Notes: generated from the letters alone by a model not told the origin. Shown: positions 1 to 8,829, numbered from the stretch's first letter. The stretch: 64,000 bases of DNA from an uncultured virus (IMG/VR IMGVR_UViG_3300021425_000021) (IMGVR_UViG_3300021425_000021); one strand, 5' to 3'. A program made the numbers and translations.

Positions 1-120
1 GACGATATAGGTTTCGCCGGCCTTGAACTTCCAGTAGGCGTTACCGCTGGAGAACTTTCCGTCCTCGCGGTGTGCGCCATAGTTTTCAAGGAATTGTGTG
101 TGGATTACGAACTGTGCCAT
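1..120 (-). CDS. Early hypothetical protein (partial, runs off the window), ENYG..W family
   Basis: Read manually: MAQFVIHTQFLENYGAHREDGKFSSGNAYWKFKAGETYIV. GAGG RBS 9 nt upstream and an early promoter at 151-179. Resembles the N-terminus of 21175-21684. Confidence 0.75.
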   Translation of the reverse strand, partial: MAQFVIHTQFLENYGAHREDGKFSSGNAYWKFKAGETYIV

Positions 121-150
121 TATTAACATCCTCAATCATTCAATATATAC

Positions 151-179
151 AGTATACCACGCTTTGAAGCGTTTGTACA
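151..179 (-). promoter_or_regulatory. Early sigma70-type promoter
   Basis: TGTACA-17bp-TATACT on the minus strand. Confidence 0.75.
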
Positions 180-182
180 CAG

Positions 183-434
183 TTATTTTGCACTTTTTGC
201 AATTATTTTTTTTGACTTTTCAGAAAGTAGAAAGAGTGTATGTGTTGCCGTCAGCGCTGACGCTACTGTCCAATGTTCAGGTTTGAGTTCGGGACAACCT
301 TTGCCAAGGATCTCCTCATAGAACATCTTATACATGTCAAGGTTAAAAGCGATGATGCGCTCATCTGACCAGCAGCCTGGCATCTTGATAATAGGCTGTT
401 CTTCATATTTTGTCATATCATCTCCATCATTCAT
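183..434 (-). CDS. Hypothetical early protein
   Basis: ORF with GGAG RBS downstream of the promoter at 453-481. Confidence 0.6.
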   Translation of the reverse strand: MNDGDDMTKYEEQPIIKMPGCWSDERIIAFNLDMYKMFYEEILGKGCPELKPEHWTVASALTATHTLFLLSEKSKKIIAKSAK

Positions 435-452
435 TCTTCATTCTATAAGTAT

Positions 453-481
453 ATTATATCACGCAATGGTCTCTTTGTACA
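453..481 (-). promoter_or_regulatory. Early promoter
   Basis: TGTACA-17bp-TATAAT with an extended -10 TG. Confidence 0.8.
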
Positions 482-501
482 CAGTTATTTTGCACTTATC
501 C

Positions 502-639
502 TTATACAAACAACGGAAGGATTACATTGGCAACGAAGAGTGGTGCACCTGCAAACAAGGCGGTAAACGCGACCGTCCACGCAGAGATAATACCAAGGGC
601 GGCAGCGGTCTGAGTAAGGTAATTAGTAAGTTTCATCAT
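502..639 (-). CDS. Small early membrane protein (45 aa), not in the ORF track
   Basis: MMKLTNYLTQTAAALGIISAWTVAFTALFAGAPLFVANVILPLFV, directly downstream of the promoter at 671-699. Confidence 0.65.
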   Translation of the reverse strand: MMKLTNYLTQTAAALGIISAWTVAFTALFAGAPLFVANVILPLFV

Positions 640-667
640 AATCAATATCCATGTGTCATTCAATATA

Positions 668-736
668 AGTATCTTATCATAAAACGCCAGGAAAGTAAAC
701 CATTAAATGCAATTATTACACGTTTGTAATCTTTCT
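668..736 (-). repeat. Dispersed promoter/operator cassette, copy 1
   Basis: 69 bp identical to 20443-20511. Contains GTTTACT-17-TAAGAT and the ATTACA-N4-TGTAAT palindrome (715-730). Confidence 0.9.
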
Positions 737-745
737 AGGTGAAGA

Positions 746-1498
746 TTATTTTAGCTTCTCATATGAGACCTTGTATGAGAGTGTTTTGCCATCCCACTCG
801 TCCTGGCCATAACGTTTCAGTTTCGTTGGGCCTTTGATCTGTAGGTGACCAGTGTCACGCCGTACACCCTTGGTCTTAACAGTCTCATCTTTGTATAGGC
901 TACGAATAAACTCTTGTGCAGCACTGAACGCACGCTTACGGTCGGGATTATCAAGCAGTGCATGCGTGGTAAGGTCAGATGCCTCGAACGTAAACCGCTT
1001 CACCTTGGTCTCATACACAGGCTTCGATACAACCTCTACATCAATCAGGTCTTGGCCATGGATCTTATCACGGTTCTCAACAAGGTTGTCCGCGAACTTC
1101 ATCATATACTCACCCTCGGCCTTCATTGCCTTGAGGGTCTTCTTTGCCATCCAGTCAAAGGCCTCATCAGCCTCACCATAGATGCCACGCTCTTCGTGAT
1201 GACGTGCATAGTCTTCTCGGTTCATAAGGACTGTCTTACGATTCACCGTCACTGGAACCTGGTATACTGAAGCAAGAGCGCTATTGATCAGCTTCTTGGC
1301 TTCCTTACGAAGGTTCACAACCTCTCTATCAAGGATCTTGGTATCTTTCTCAAGGGGCAGTTCCTTCGAACCGTTACACGTACCAGAGAAGTAACCAAAC
1401 CCAGCAACCCGATACCCATGGAGAGACATACGTCCGGTTTTATCATTCACGGCCTGTTGCCGTAGACATGCTTGACAGTGACCTTTTTGTTTTGGCAT
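746..1498 (-). CDS. Early hypothetical protein with a putative Zn-binding N-terminus
   Basis: Start reassigned to MPKQKGHCQAC (downstream of the promoter and RBS). CxxC..H..C pattern. Confidence 0.7.
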   Translation of the reverse strand: MPKQKGHCQACLRQQAVNDKTGRMSLHGYRVAGFGYFSGTCNGSKELPLEKDTKILDREVVNLRKEAKKLINSALASVYQVPVTVNRKTVLMNREDYARHHEERGIYGEADEAFDWMAKKTLKAMKAEGEYMMKFADNLVENRDKIHGQDLIDVEVVSKPVYETKVKRFTFEASDLTTHALLDNPDRKRAFSAAQEFIRSLYKDETVKTKGVRRDTGHLQIKGPTKLKRYGQDEWDGKTLSYKVSYEKLK

Positions 1499-1534
1499 AA
1501 TGTGCACATTCCCTTTTTGACTATATTTATATCC

Positions 1535-1594
1535 TATCATAAAACGCAAGGAAAGTAAACTAAAAAATGCAATTATTACACATTTGTAATCTTT
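1535..1594 (-). repeat. Dispersed promoter/operator cassette, copy 2
   Basis: 60 bp with 2 mismatches to 33442-33501. Promoter TTTACT-17-TAGGAT (1531-1559), palindrome 1575-1590. Confidence 0.9.
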
Positions 1595-1598
1595 GTCA

Positions 1599-1958
1599 TT
1601 ACGATACGACCTCAACACTCTTCACGGTTGGCATGTTAAACGAACGCCAGCCACCTGCCTTAATGTCATAGACACGTACGTTATCTGTTAGTGGACGTGG
1701 ATCCTCATTGTACTCTGCCATGGCAATATTCATCAAGTCAGGGTTCTGAGTACACATCATCACCCGTTCGGTACCATCAGCTTTCATAAAGGTCACTCGC
1801 ACCGTGCCCTGTAGGGCTTCATTCAATTCTTGTCTTGTCATCATATTCTTTCCTTCAAACTTTTCCTGGACTTCTAATACTTTAAGGGCCTCTTGGAAGT
1901 CAGACTCATCACACGTTGTGATTATTCTAAGTGATTCTTCAATTGTCATATTACTCAT
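1599..1958 (-). CDS. WYL_2/DUF2693-like SH3 beta-barrel protein
   Basis: VRVTFMKADGTERVMMCT...VYDIKAGGWRSF motif. Confidence 0.75.
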   Translation of the reverse strand: MSNMTIEESLRIITTCDESDFQEALKVLEVQEKFEGKNMMTRQELNEALQGTVRVTFMKADGTERVMMCTQNPDLMNIAMAEYNEDPRPLTDNVRVYDIKAGGWRSFNMPTVKSVEVVS

Positions 1959-2160
1959 CCTTAATTTTATAATACATATTTTGTTTATTCACAGCAATTA
2001 TCGATTTCATATTTTTATCGTAGTAATATATAATATTCTTTTTATCAAATGGCCAACCTAAAACAATCTTTTCATAGATTTCATTATATTCAGTCATTAC
2101 AATATCATCATCATAGCTTCCTAAATATAACTCTTTTTCTTTAGTCATGCGTGTACTCAA
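1951..2160 (-). CDS. Hypothetical protein
   Basis: ORF overlapping its neighbours in the operon. Confidence 0.5.
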   Translation of the reverse strand: MSTRMTKEKELYLGSYDDDIVMTEYNEIYEKIVLGWPFDKKNIIYYYDKNMKSIIAVNKQNMYYKIKDE

Positions 2161-2312
2161 TTCATTAAAAATGGAATTATGCCCATCAGTATCACAAGAG
2201 CATACATTCCCTTAATAAGATAGTCTACTCTTTCAAGACTATTATCAACACGATCAAATGCTTCATCGACCCGGTCATATGCGTCGTTAAGATTTTTATT
2301 GCTGTATTCCAT
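2157..2312 (-). CDS. Small protein with a C-terminal transmembrane segment
   Basis: Start reassigned to MEYSNK after an AAGGA RBS. Hydrophobic C-terminus. Confidence 0.6.
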   Translation of the reverse strand: MEYSNKNLNDAYDRVDEAFDRVDNSLERVDYLIKGMYALVILMGIIPFLMN

Positions 2313-2341
2313 ATTAATATCCTTCATTATTTTATAGGTAT

Positions 2342-2407
2342 ATCTTATCATAAAACGCCAGGCTTGTACATAGCCTGGCGTTATTTTTTTTATTACAAAT
2401 GTGTAAT
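2342..2407 (-). promoter_or_regulatory. Early promoter overlapped by a stem-loop, plus operator palindrome
   Basis: TGTACA-17-TAAGAT. An 11-bp inverted repeat (2354-2382) holds the -35 in its loop. ATTACA-N4-TGTAAT at 2392-2407. Confidence 0.8.
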
Positions 2408-2417
2408 TTTTATAAAG

Positions 2418-2597
2418 TTATGCCACTTCCATATGATATGTATGTAACTCTAAAAATGTATCTTCCATATATGATAGTTTCTCTTTTAAAATTTCGGCCT
2501 TTACTATATTATTTCTTTTTTCATAGCGTCTAATCTTATGTTTTAATTCATTCATGTCTCGTTCCAATCGATTAATTTGCGCTGGCAGAAGATGCAT
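2418..2597 (-). CDS. Hypothetical coiled-coil protein
   Basis: Start reassigned to MHLLPAQ after a GGAG RBS. Confidence 0.65.
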   Translation of the reverse strand: MHLLPAQINRLERDMNELKHKIRRYEKRNNIVKAEILKEKLSYMEDTFLELHTYHMEVA

Positions 2598-2611
2598 TTT
2601 ATGTTCTCCAT

Positions 2612-2643
2612 AAAAAAAGAGCGCTGCGATAAACGCAACGCTC
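2612..2643 (-). terminator. Intrinsic terminator
   Basis: GAGCGTTGCG-TTTAT-CGCAGCGCTC followed by T7. The G-U pair forms only on the minus strand. Confidence 0.75.
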
Positions 2644-2694
2644 ACTGAGAGGGTTGATATGAGAAACTATTTTATGTTGTTCTTTTCTCATATC
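2612..2694 (-). ncRNA. Putative late small RNA or leader (two hairpins)
   Basis: TATAAATA at 2697-2704, an 11-bp perfect stem (2656-2666/2684-2694), then the terminator. Confidence 0.4.
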
Positions 2695-2719
2695 CTTATT
2701 TATATGAAGTTAGATTTTA

Positions 2720-2929
2720 TCAGTGCCATTCCTCAAAATAAACACCTAAAATCTCTAAATAATCATGATATTTAGCAATACTATCTAGCTCCTTTTGAAT
2801 TTCCTCCACAATATCGCCATGCTCTCCAATGCCTACAGGATTTTTCATTAAATTGAGAGCATTAATTCGGTGCTTTTCAATCATACCTTCGGCATGAAGC
2901 TTTACTGCATTCTTAATTTCATTTTCCAT
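2720..2929 (-). CDS. Conserved phage hypothetical protein
   Basis: NPVGIGEHGDIVEEIQKELD motif, recalled from marine T4-like phages. Confidence 0.7.
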   Translation of the reverse strand: MENEIKNAVKLHAEGMIEKHRINALNLMKNPVGIGEHGDIVEEIQKELDSIAKYHDYLEILGVYFEEWH

Positions 2930-2933
2930 ATTA

Positions 2934-3407
2934 TTAATCTTTTACCCAAGTCGGTTTGTCTAATAGTTTTGGCAGAGCGTCTCTTACTAAAGCTTTTGTG
3001 ATTGTTCGGTGGAATGGCCACTTTTGCTTTGTGAAGACCTTCATTACAATTTCAGCGTCCTTCGGATGAATACCCTCGAGTAGCTCAACAAATATACGTT
3101 CTCGTTTATTTATTGGTAGGTTATTTGCTGGCGTATTAATGAAATGGGCAAACTTACTAAAGGCTGATATCAACTCTTTTGGATAATTCTTTTCACCTGA
3201 AAATTTTACCATACTTTCTGGTAGTTCGCCTTCAGGTAAACAAATAGAATCCTGAATCCATTCATTGAATTGACACGCGAGTAAGTCATTTACCATTGCC
3301 TGCGATTTACCGAGATCGCGAAGTGCCTCGATACGTTCTTCACGAGTTTCCATTTTATGGATATTGCGTAGAATTTCATGAAGAGGTTTTTCATATGTAT
3401 TAATCAT
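2934..3407 (-). CDS. Conserved T4-like hypothetical protein (rnh-adjacent)
   Basis: LPEG...KRERIFVELLEGIHPKDAE motif. Start reassigned to MINTYEK. Confidence 0.7.
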   Translation of the reverse strand: MINTYEKPLHEILRNIHKMETREERIEALRDLGKSQAMVNDLLACQFNEWIQDSICLPEGELPESMVKFSGEKNYPKELISAFSKFAHFINTPANNLPINKRERIFVELLEGIHPKDAEIVMKVFTKQKWPFHRTITKALVRDALPKLLDKPTWVKD

Positions 3408-3408
3408 A

Positions 3409-4260
3409 TTATACTTTCTTAGGAATAAAATCTTCGAGACTCTGCGTAAGATTTGCACAGCGACTCTTAATCAAATAATTTAATACACCACTCATTTGTG
3501 GAATATCGTAGTTTTCGTACTCACTATTTATTCGCTCTTGAAGTTCAACTGGTATACACTGAAAATCAAGTAGAATTTTGTTTTCATCATAACGATTACA
3601 TTCTTCGGCCGTAAAACATTGACGACCATTTTCTAGTACTTCGCCTAGAAACTTTTGTGATATTGGCTTTTGACGGCCTCCACCATTTACATAAAAGTCA
3701 GAAGGACTTTTGATATTTGGAATACCATCCTTTGCTTGGCCTTTTATGATTGACTCATGAAGCCAAACATCGGGATCGCCCTTTACTGCCTTTTTTGTAT
3801 TAGTTGACCATTGCTTTACGTTTGGATATCGTTGAAGCTGAATATAATCTTTATCAGCCGCAATGATCATAACTGGTTCATGCTTACCGAACTCCTGTGT
3901 ACGGTGCACCATTGTAGCAATACAGTCATCGCCTTCGGCGCCACTAACATGAAGAACTCGATAAGGCATAAAGTCTTTTATCTCATTAGAGATCTTATTG
4001 AGAGTCTGAAATATCTCATCCCAATCTAGCTTACTTTCATCTCGTGATTTTTTGCGAGATGCTTTATAATAAGGAAACACGTCTTTTCGCCACGAGCTAT
4101 GGTCCATACATAAAACCATTTCGCCATACTTATCACGATATTTCTTATTATATGATCGTAGATTATTGAGAATGAGATGGCGCAATAGTCGCTCTTCGGT
4201 ACCCATTCGGTTGAGTACAACAGCACCAATTGAAATTGCGCTATAGTCTACTAGAATCAT
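3409..4260 (-). CDS. rnh: T4-type RNase H (5'-3' exonuclease)
   Basis: MILVDYS, WRKDVFPYYKASRK, AEGDD, DKDYIQLQ and DGIPN motifs. Confidence 0.95.
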   Translation of the reverse strand: MILVDYSAISIGAVVLNRMGTEERLLRHLILNNLRSYNKKYRDKYGEMVLCMDHSSWRKDVFPYYKASRKKSRDESKLDWDEIFQTLNKISNEIKDFMPYRVLHVSGAEGDDCIATMVHRTQEFGKHEPVMIIAADKDYIQLQRYPNVKQWSTNTKKAVKGDPDVWLHESIIKGQAKDGIPNIKSPSDFYVNGGGRQKPISQKFLGEVLENGRQCFTAEECNRYDENKILLDFQCIPVELQERINSEYENYDIPQMSGVLNYLIKSRCANLTQSLEDFIPKKV

Positions 4261-4286
4261 GATATGTCCTTTTCAATTATAATTCT

Positions 4287-4315
4287 ATTATATCATAGAA
4301 TGAAAAGGTTGTACA
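4287..4315 (-). promoter_or_regulatory. Early promoter of rnh
   Basis: TGTACA-17-TATAAT. Confidence 0.8.
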
Positions 4316-4393
4316 CTACTTTTTTTACATTGGCAAGGTCGTAATAATGTATAAGACCATCGGTTACAATTTTAGGATTATAATAAGTTGCCA

Positions 4394-7372
4394 CTAAATT
4401 AATGTCTCCATTACCTTATAAGTTGTACTATTAGTTGAAGCGGAGGTGGCTTTTACCACAACATTTCCTCCACTGATTTCTGCGGTGTATGTTGCTAAGG
4501 ACGCATTTGTATAAATTACACCATATTCTGTTAGTGTGACTGTTGTGCCATCGTGCACTAACAGGATTTCTGACATTTGCCGTTCACCACTTACGGTATC
4601 GGCGGCTTGAATTACTAGTTTTGCACCTAGATGTGACGTTGGGAAGGCTGCAATTTGTGTTGCTGTTGTTGTAGTTAGCGTTTCTACTTCACCAGTCATG
4701 TCCGCAATAGTTGTTGCAGTTACATCAGCACTATATACCTGATGGATATGTCCGGCAAAAGTACCCGGGATATTTGCACTAGTTCTAACTTCTACTGTTC
4801 CATTATAAGGAAATTTAAATCTAGCGCCATTTCTAAAGTTGATTTGACCTTGTGAAGAGTTTGCAACTAGCTCAAAGTAGCTACTTCCTGCTTTAATTCT
4901 AGTGTCCCTATCGGTTCCTGTACCTAGGGCTTCCGTACCAATCTCAAAAAAATTGTTATTCCATTTTAAGAAGCCACGTTCATAGTTGGAAGCGTCAGTG
5001 TAGGTGTTATAGATATTAAACGTCTGGGCATTTGTACCATTACGTTGGGCCATAACACCAGCAGCATCCCTATAAAATGTAGTATCTACAGCACCAGTTA
5101 GACCCGTGCTATTAAAGCCAGAAGAAAAACCAATAACACCTCTGCCTCGTACAGTAACTCCATCTTCAAACCAAACTCTATAATTTGCTGACTGATCTCT
5201 AATCCCTATTCTTCCGTCTGTTACTTCTAAGTCAGAATAAGTAGGTAGTACTATTCTTGCTCTACCTGCCGCATCTCCTTCCTTAAAGCGAACAACTTCT
5301 GTATCTGCATCACCTACTTCAAATATAATTTCATTAGCACCAATATGAAGCGGAGCACGTGTATTTGTTGTTGGGCTTTGCGTGTAAAGTTTTGTTCTAA
5401 AGAAGTAATAGTTTTGTCCGTTAGGATAATTTGTTCCAGTGTCCCATTCGTTTGTGTTTGACGCTGACATTTCTAATGTAGAAGCATTAATAGGTCCAGT
5501 ATTATTTTTGCCAAGTCTTAGTTGAGGAATGTGTGCCCAATTAGATTTGACCTCAATAGCGCCTCCAGTGGTTCCAGCAATACCAGTACCAAAACCCACG
5601 GTGCCATACGAAGAAACTTGAGCTAATTGCTGATATCCTCCAGATACTGTTGCTCTCATATCGAGTGCCCAGCGGCCATCTGCATGCACACTACGTGTTC
5701 TAAACCTAGACTCACTGTTATTGGCATTTGGTGCCATCTCAAATATGCCGGTTGGCGCAGCTACATTAATACCTACCGAATCACCAATAATATTTACATC
5801 ATGAAGTGTACCTGTGCCAGAAGCTTCTGCACCAATTTCAAATACGTTACTATTCCACTTTAAAGAAGCACGCTCATAGTTAGAAGCATCAGTGTAGGTG
5901 TTGTAGATGTTAAACGTCTGTTCATTCGTGCCATTGCGTTGAGCAAGAGTATTAGCCGCATCTCGTTCTAGAACTAGGTCAGGCGTTCCCCACCAGTTAG
6001 TAGTGCCATTAAAATGAATACCTCTACCGCTTGCAAGTGTTAAGCCACGCGTGTTATACAAGGAGGTTCTATTATCCGATATAATAAATGGAGCTTCAAA
6101 CCGTTGCGCGACGACCTGGCCACCATTATGACTGTTTATTTGAACTCCACCGCTAATAAAGCTAGCTGTGCCAGTAGTGGCTAATTGCGATCCATCCCAC
6201 GTTAGGTTACTATCACCTTGAATTGTAGTAGAGTTAGTCCATATGGCTAATTGATTATCCACCGGCGTGCCAGCTTTAGTTACATCATCAGTTCCACCGC
6301 CGGCAGAAGCTTCAACCCACTGTGCCGATGATCCATCATTATAATATATAAAAAGAGAGCCAACGTCAGAATCCCACCAAAGGTCACCATCCGCCGGACT
6401 AGATGGAGCGCTAGACTGTATTGGAACTCCAGCGCTATAAGCTTTATACTCAAATTTTGCGGTTGAAGAGTTGTACACTAATACTGTTTGATCTGCTCTA
6501 TCAGTATTATTAACATCGTCCATTTCAACAATATTGCTAGAAATGTCATGTCTATTCAGTATACTTTGAAACGTTTCAGCTTCATACTTTTTAGTTGTAT
6601 TATTAAATATTAAAACTGAGTTATTCGCAAGACTACTTAGGGTTTGTCTTTGAACATCATCGTTGTCCATAATTCGAACAGAACCACCGCCCGATAAAAC
6701 AGGACGGCGAGATAATTCGGAAAGAAAATTATCAATATCGATTTTTTGTAAATTGACTTGTTCGTCTAATTTATCTTCTAAGGTTTTACTTATCTCATTA
6801 ATGTATGGATTAATGTCTGGAAGTATAGCATCTTTACCAGCTGGACCCATAGGACCAATTGGACCTTGTTCGCCAATTAAACCCTGTGGACCCATAGGTC
6901 CAATTGGTCCCTGTTCTCCAATTAAACCCTGTGGACCCATAGGACCAATTGGCCCTTGTTCTCCAATTAAACCTTGTGGACCAATATCGCCTTTATCACC
7001 CTTTGGGCCAGAACGTCCATCATTTCCAGCTGGGCCTTGTTCTCCAATGAGACCTTCCTTACCACGTTGGCCTCGAGGTCCTCGCTCTCCAACGGGACCA
7101 ACATCTCCCTTTATGGATATATGCTTTATAGAGAATGGGTCTGAAGACTCGACGATATAAAAACTACCGTCTTCACCAAAAAAGATAGACCCTTCAGAAA
7201 GTCCTTTTGCCTTCTCTTCATTTAGTCTATGAAGAAATGTATTTGAAGAATCAACTAAGGTTTTTACGGTAGAAGAGAGCGCGGCATTACGTCTATCAGT
7301 TGCTTCTCGTATGATCTGTTTTTTTCTAAGAGATCTTGCTTCTTCAAGTGCCTGCTTTTTTGCAAAATCCAT
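4394..7372 (-). CDS. Collagen-repeat fibre protein (head or tail fibre)
   Basis: About 32 G-X-Y triplets, a GDLWWDSD module, beta-rich repeated modules and a fibre-like C-terminal domain. Confidence 0.8.
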   Translation of the reverse strand: MDFAKKQALEEARSLRKKQIIREATDRRNAALSSTVKTLVDSSNTFLHRLNEEKAKGLSEGSIFFGEDGSFYIVESSDPFSIKHISIKGDVGPVGERGPRGQRGKEGLIGEQGPAGNDGRSGPKGDKGDIGPQGLIGEQGPIGPMGPQGLIGEQGPIGPMGPQGLIGEQGPIGPMGPAGKDAILPDINPYINEISKTLEDKLDEQVNLQKIDIDNFLSELSRRPVLSGGGSVRIMDNDDVQRQTLSSLANNSVLIFNNTTKKYEAETFQSILNRHDISSNIVEMDDVNNTDRADQTVLVYNSSTAKFEYKAYSAGVPIQSSAPSSPADGDLWWDSDVGSLFIYYNDGSSAQWVEASAGGGTDDVTKAGTPVDNQLAIWTNSTTIQGDSNLTWDGSQLATTGTASFISGGVQINSHNGGQVVAQRFEAPFIISDNRTSLYNTRGLTLASGRGIHFNGTTNWWGTPDLVLERDAANTLAQRNGTNEQTFNIYNTYTDASNYERASLKWNSNVFEIGAEASGTGTLHDVNIIGDSVGINVAAPTGIFEMAPNANNSESRFRTRSVHADGRWALDMRATVSGGYQQLAQVSSYGTVGFGTGIAGTTGGAIEVKSNWAHIPQLRLGKNNTGPINASTLEMSASNTNEWDTGTNYPNGQNYYFFRTKLYTQSPTTNTRAPLHIGANEIIFEVGDADTEVVRFKEGDAAGRARIVLPTYSDLEVTDGRIGIRDQSANYRVWFEDGVTVRGRGVIGFSSGFNSTGLTGAVDTTFYRDAAGVMAQRNGTNAQTFNIYNTYTDASNYERGFLKWNNNFFEIGTEALGTGTDRDTRIKAGSSYFELVANSSQGQINFRNGARFKFPYNGTVEVRTSANIPGTFAGHIHQVYSADVTATTIADMTGEVETLTTTTATQIAAFPTSHLGAKLVIQAADTVSGERQMSEILLVHDGTTVTLTEYGVIYTNASLATYTAEISGGNVVVKATSASTNSTTYKVMETLI
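6843..6985. repeat. Three tandem 45-bp collagen units (GLIGEQGPIGPMGPQ)
   Basis: Near-identical tandem repeats visible in both DNA and protein. Confidence 0.9.
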
Positions 7373-7373
7373 A

Positions 7374-7892
7374 TTACCATAACCTTTTTTGGGCAGGAGT
7401 CATATATTCCCAAATTTCAGGATCAACGTCCTCGGGAATCTGCTCTTTAATCTCCGACTCATTTAATTCTGTTAAAGCTTCGCAATGGCATTCAGAATCT
7501 AATATTATTTTTTGATCAAATACGGTATGCATATTAATATTTTCTGTATCAGTAGAACGCGTAAGATAGATAATAGATTCATACATGGTACATGGTAAAC
7601 TGGAATATCGTTTTTGACATGAATTGAGATACGCATATGGTTTAAGTTTTAAACCAATTCCATGTTCTGTTGCCTTTAGTCCATCAATAGAAACACTTAT
7701 TTTATTTTGATCTGGTTTGTAATCATGCCAATTGCATTTATCATCACATCCCATAATAGGAAGATATAGATTATTGGCGCATGTCTCTAATCCACATTTC
7801 CATGCAAATTTACGTATAATATCCATTGCTTTAGAATCGACTGGGCGATAAACACTTAATGGAGTATTTATTTTAAATAAGACCTTTGACAT
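7374..7892 (-). CDS. Hypothetical protein, possibly a degenerate 2H-phosphoesterase (T4 57B/Acb1-like)
   Basis: Colinear resemblance to Acb1 as remembered, but both HxT motifs are replaced (YLP, IIY). Confidence 0.4.
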   Translation of the reverse strand: MSKVLFKINTPLSVYRPVDSKAMDIIRKFAWKCGLETCANNLYLPIMGCDDKCNWHDYKPDQNKISVSIDGLKATEHGIGLKLKPYAYLNSCQKRYSSLPCTMYESIIYLTRSTDTENINMHTVFDQKIILDSECHCEALTELNESEIKEQIPEDVDPEIWEYMTPAQKRLW

Positions 7893-7893
7893 A

Positions 7894-8421
7894 TTATATC
7901 CTATCCATGAATGATTCTATTTTATCATTTGTAATTTGAAGCGCCGTATGCTCAGTAATCACTTCACTACGTGGAATATAGTTATCCTTAAAGCTAACTT
8001 TATCTTTATTAAATGGGTTGAGCTTTTGCAAAAATCCAAAGGCTCGGTCACTACTATATTTCTTATTGCGTGAGAATCTACGTAGACTTTCAATATCACG
8101 TTTTTCTACGTCACGGACTGTTTTAACGTCAAATGAACGCCAGTCATTCTTTACAAGATCAAAGACCGGAATAACTTCAGGTGGACCAAGCCATCCCATG
8201 CTACCAGGGCCAGGAAGCTTATCGCCTTGTCCAACTCGACGAATAATGTCAGGGTTACGTGTGCAAACGAGAAATCTTTGTCTACCGTTTGACTTTTTAA
8301 TAAAGTTGACGATTACAACACCACGAAGATCACGAAAAAAATCATCAAGAGACATTGACTTGAGCTCCATAAGAAGCTCGACAGGATCATTCACATTCTG
8401 TTCTGTAAATTGAAGAATCAT
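7894..8421 (-). CDS. Second WYL_2/DUF2693-like protein, with a C-terminal extension
   Basis: VIVNFIKKSNGRQRFLVCT...VFDLVKNDWRSF. Confidence 0.7.
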   Translation of the reverse strand: MILQFTEQNVNDPVELLMELKSMSLDDFFRDLRGVVIVNFIKKSNGRQRFLVCTRNPDIIRRVGQGDKLPGPGSMGWLGPPEVIPVFDLVKNDWRSFDVKTVRDVEKRDIESLRRFSRNKKYSSDRAFGFLQKLNPFNKDKVSFKDNYIPRSEVITEHTALQITNDKIESFMDRI

Positions 8422-8825
8422 AGATGTTTCGAATGTACTTTTAAACCAATAAACTCATTATAATACTCAGGAGAAAAAAGTACCTCCCGATCAAACTGTT
8501 CTTTAGCTTCGTAGTAACTCAGTTCGCCTTTCTTTTTACATAATCGGAGGATTTCTCTTTTATATTTATCTATTCCATTCTTTTCAACTGACTCTCGAAG
8601 ATGAGTCGATGAACCAAAATAGTTACGCCAGTCAGAGTCAACGTAAAAGGTCTTGCGCCTCTTATTGCCATTTTTAAGCGTCACTGTTCTTTTTGTCGGC
8701 TTATGAAATAGTTTTTTACCAACATACTTTTTGCCAGTATCAATCTCAGTAATGAGATATACAAATCCTATGTAATCTTTACGATCAGGGGTTTCATCGA
8801 ATGTTTTGTTTTTAAATAACCACAT
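8418..8825 (-). CDS. Stand-alone GIY-YIG-like endonuclease
   Basis: GFVYLIT...KYVGKK, YFGSS, conserved E (YYEAKEQ) and YYN. Confidence 0.8.
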   Translation of the reverse strand: MWLFKNKTFDETPDRKDYIGFVYLITEIDTGKKYVGKKLFHKPTKRTVTLKNGNKRRKTFYVDSDWRNYFGSSTHLRESVEKNGIDKYKREILRLCKKKGELSYYEAKEQFDREVLFSPEYYNEFIGLKVHSKHL

Positions 8826-8829
8826 ACGG

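Larger units (their letters stand above)
172..497. repeat. 24-bp direct repeat covering the -35/UP region of two tandem early promoters
   Basis: tttgtacacagttattttgcactt at 172-195 and 474-497. Confidence 0.9.

Noticed and set aside
4980..5945. Duplicated ~70-bp segments in the fibre gene as a DGR template/variable repeat pair
   Set aside because: The differences are mostly synonymous third-position changes and are not adenine-specific. Both copies are inside one ORF, and no reverse transcriptase is in the window.
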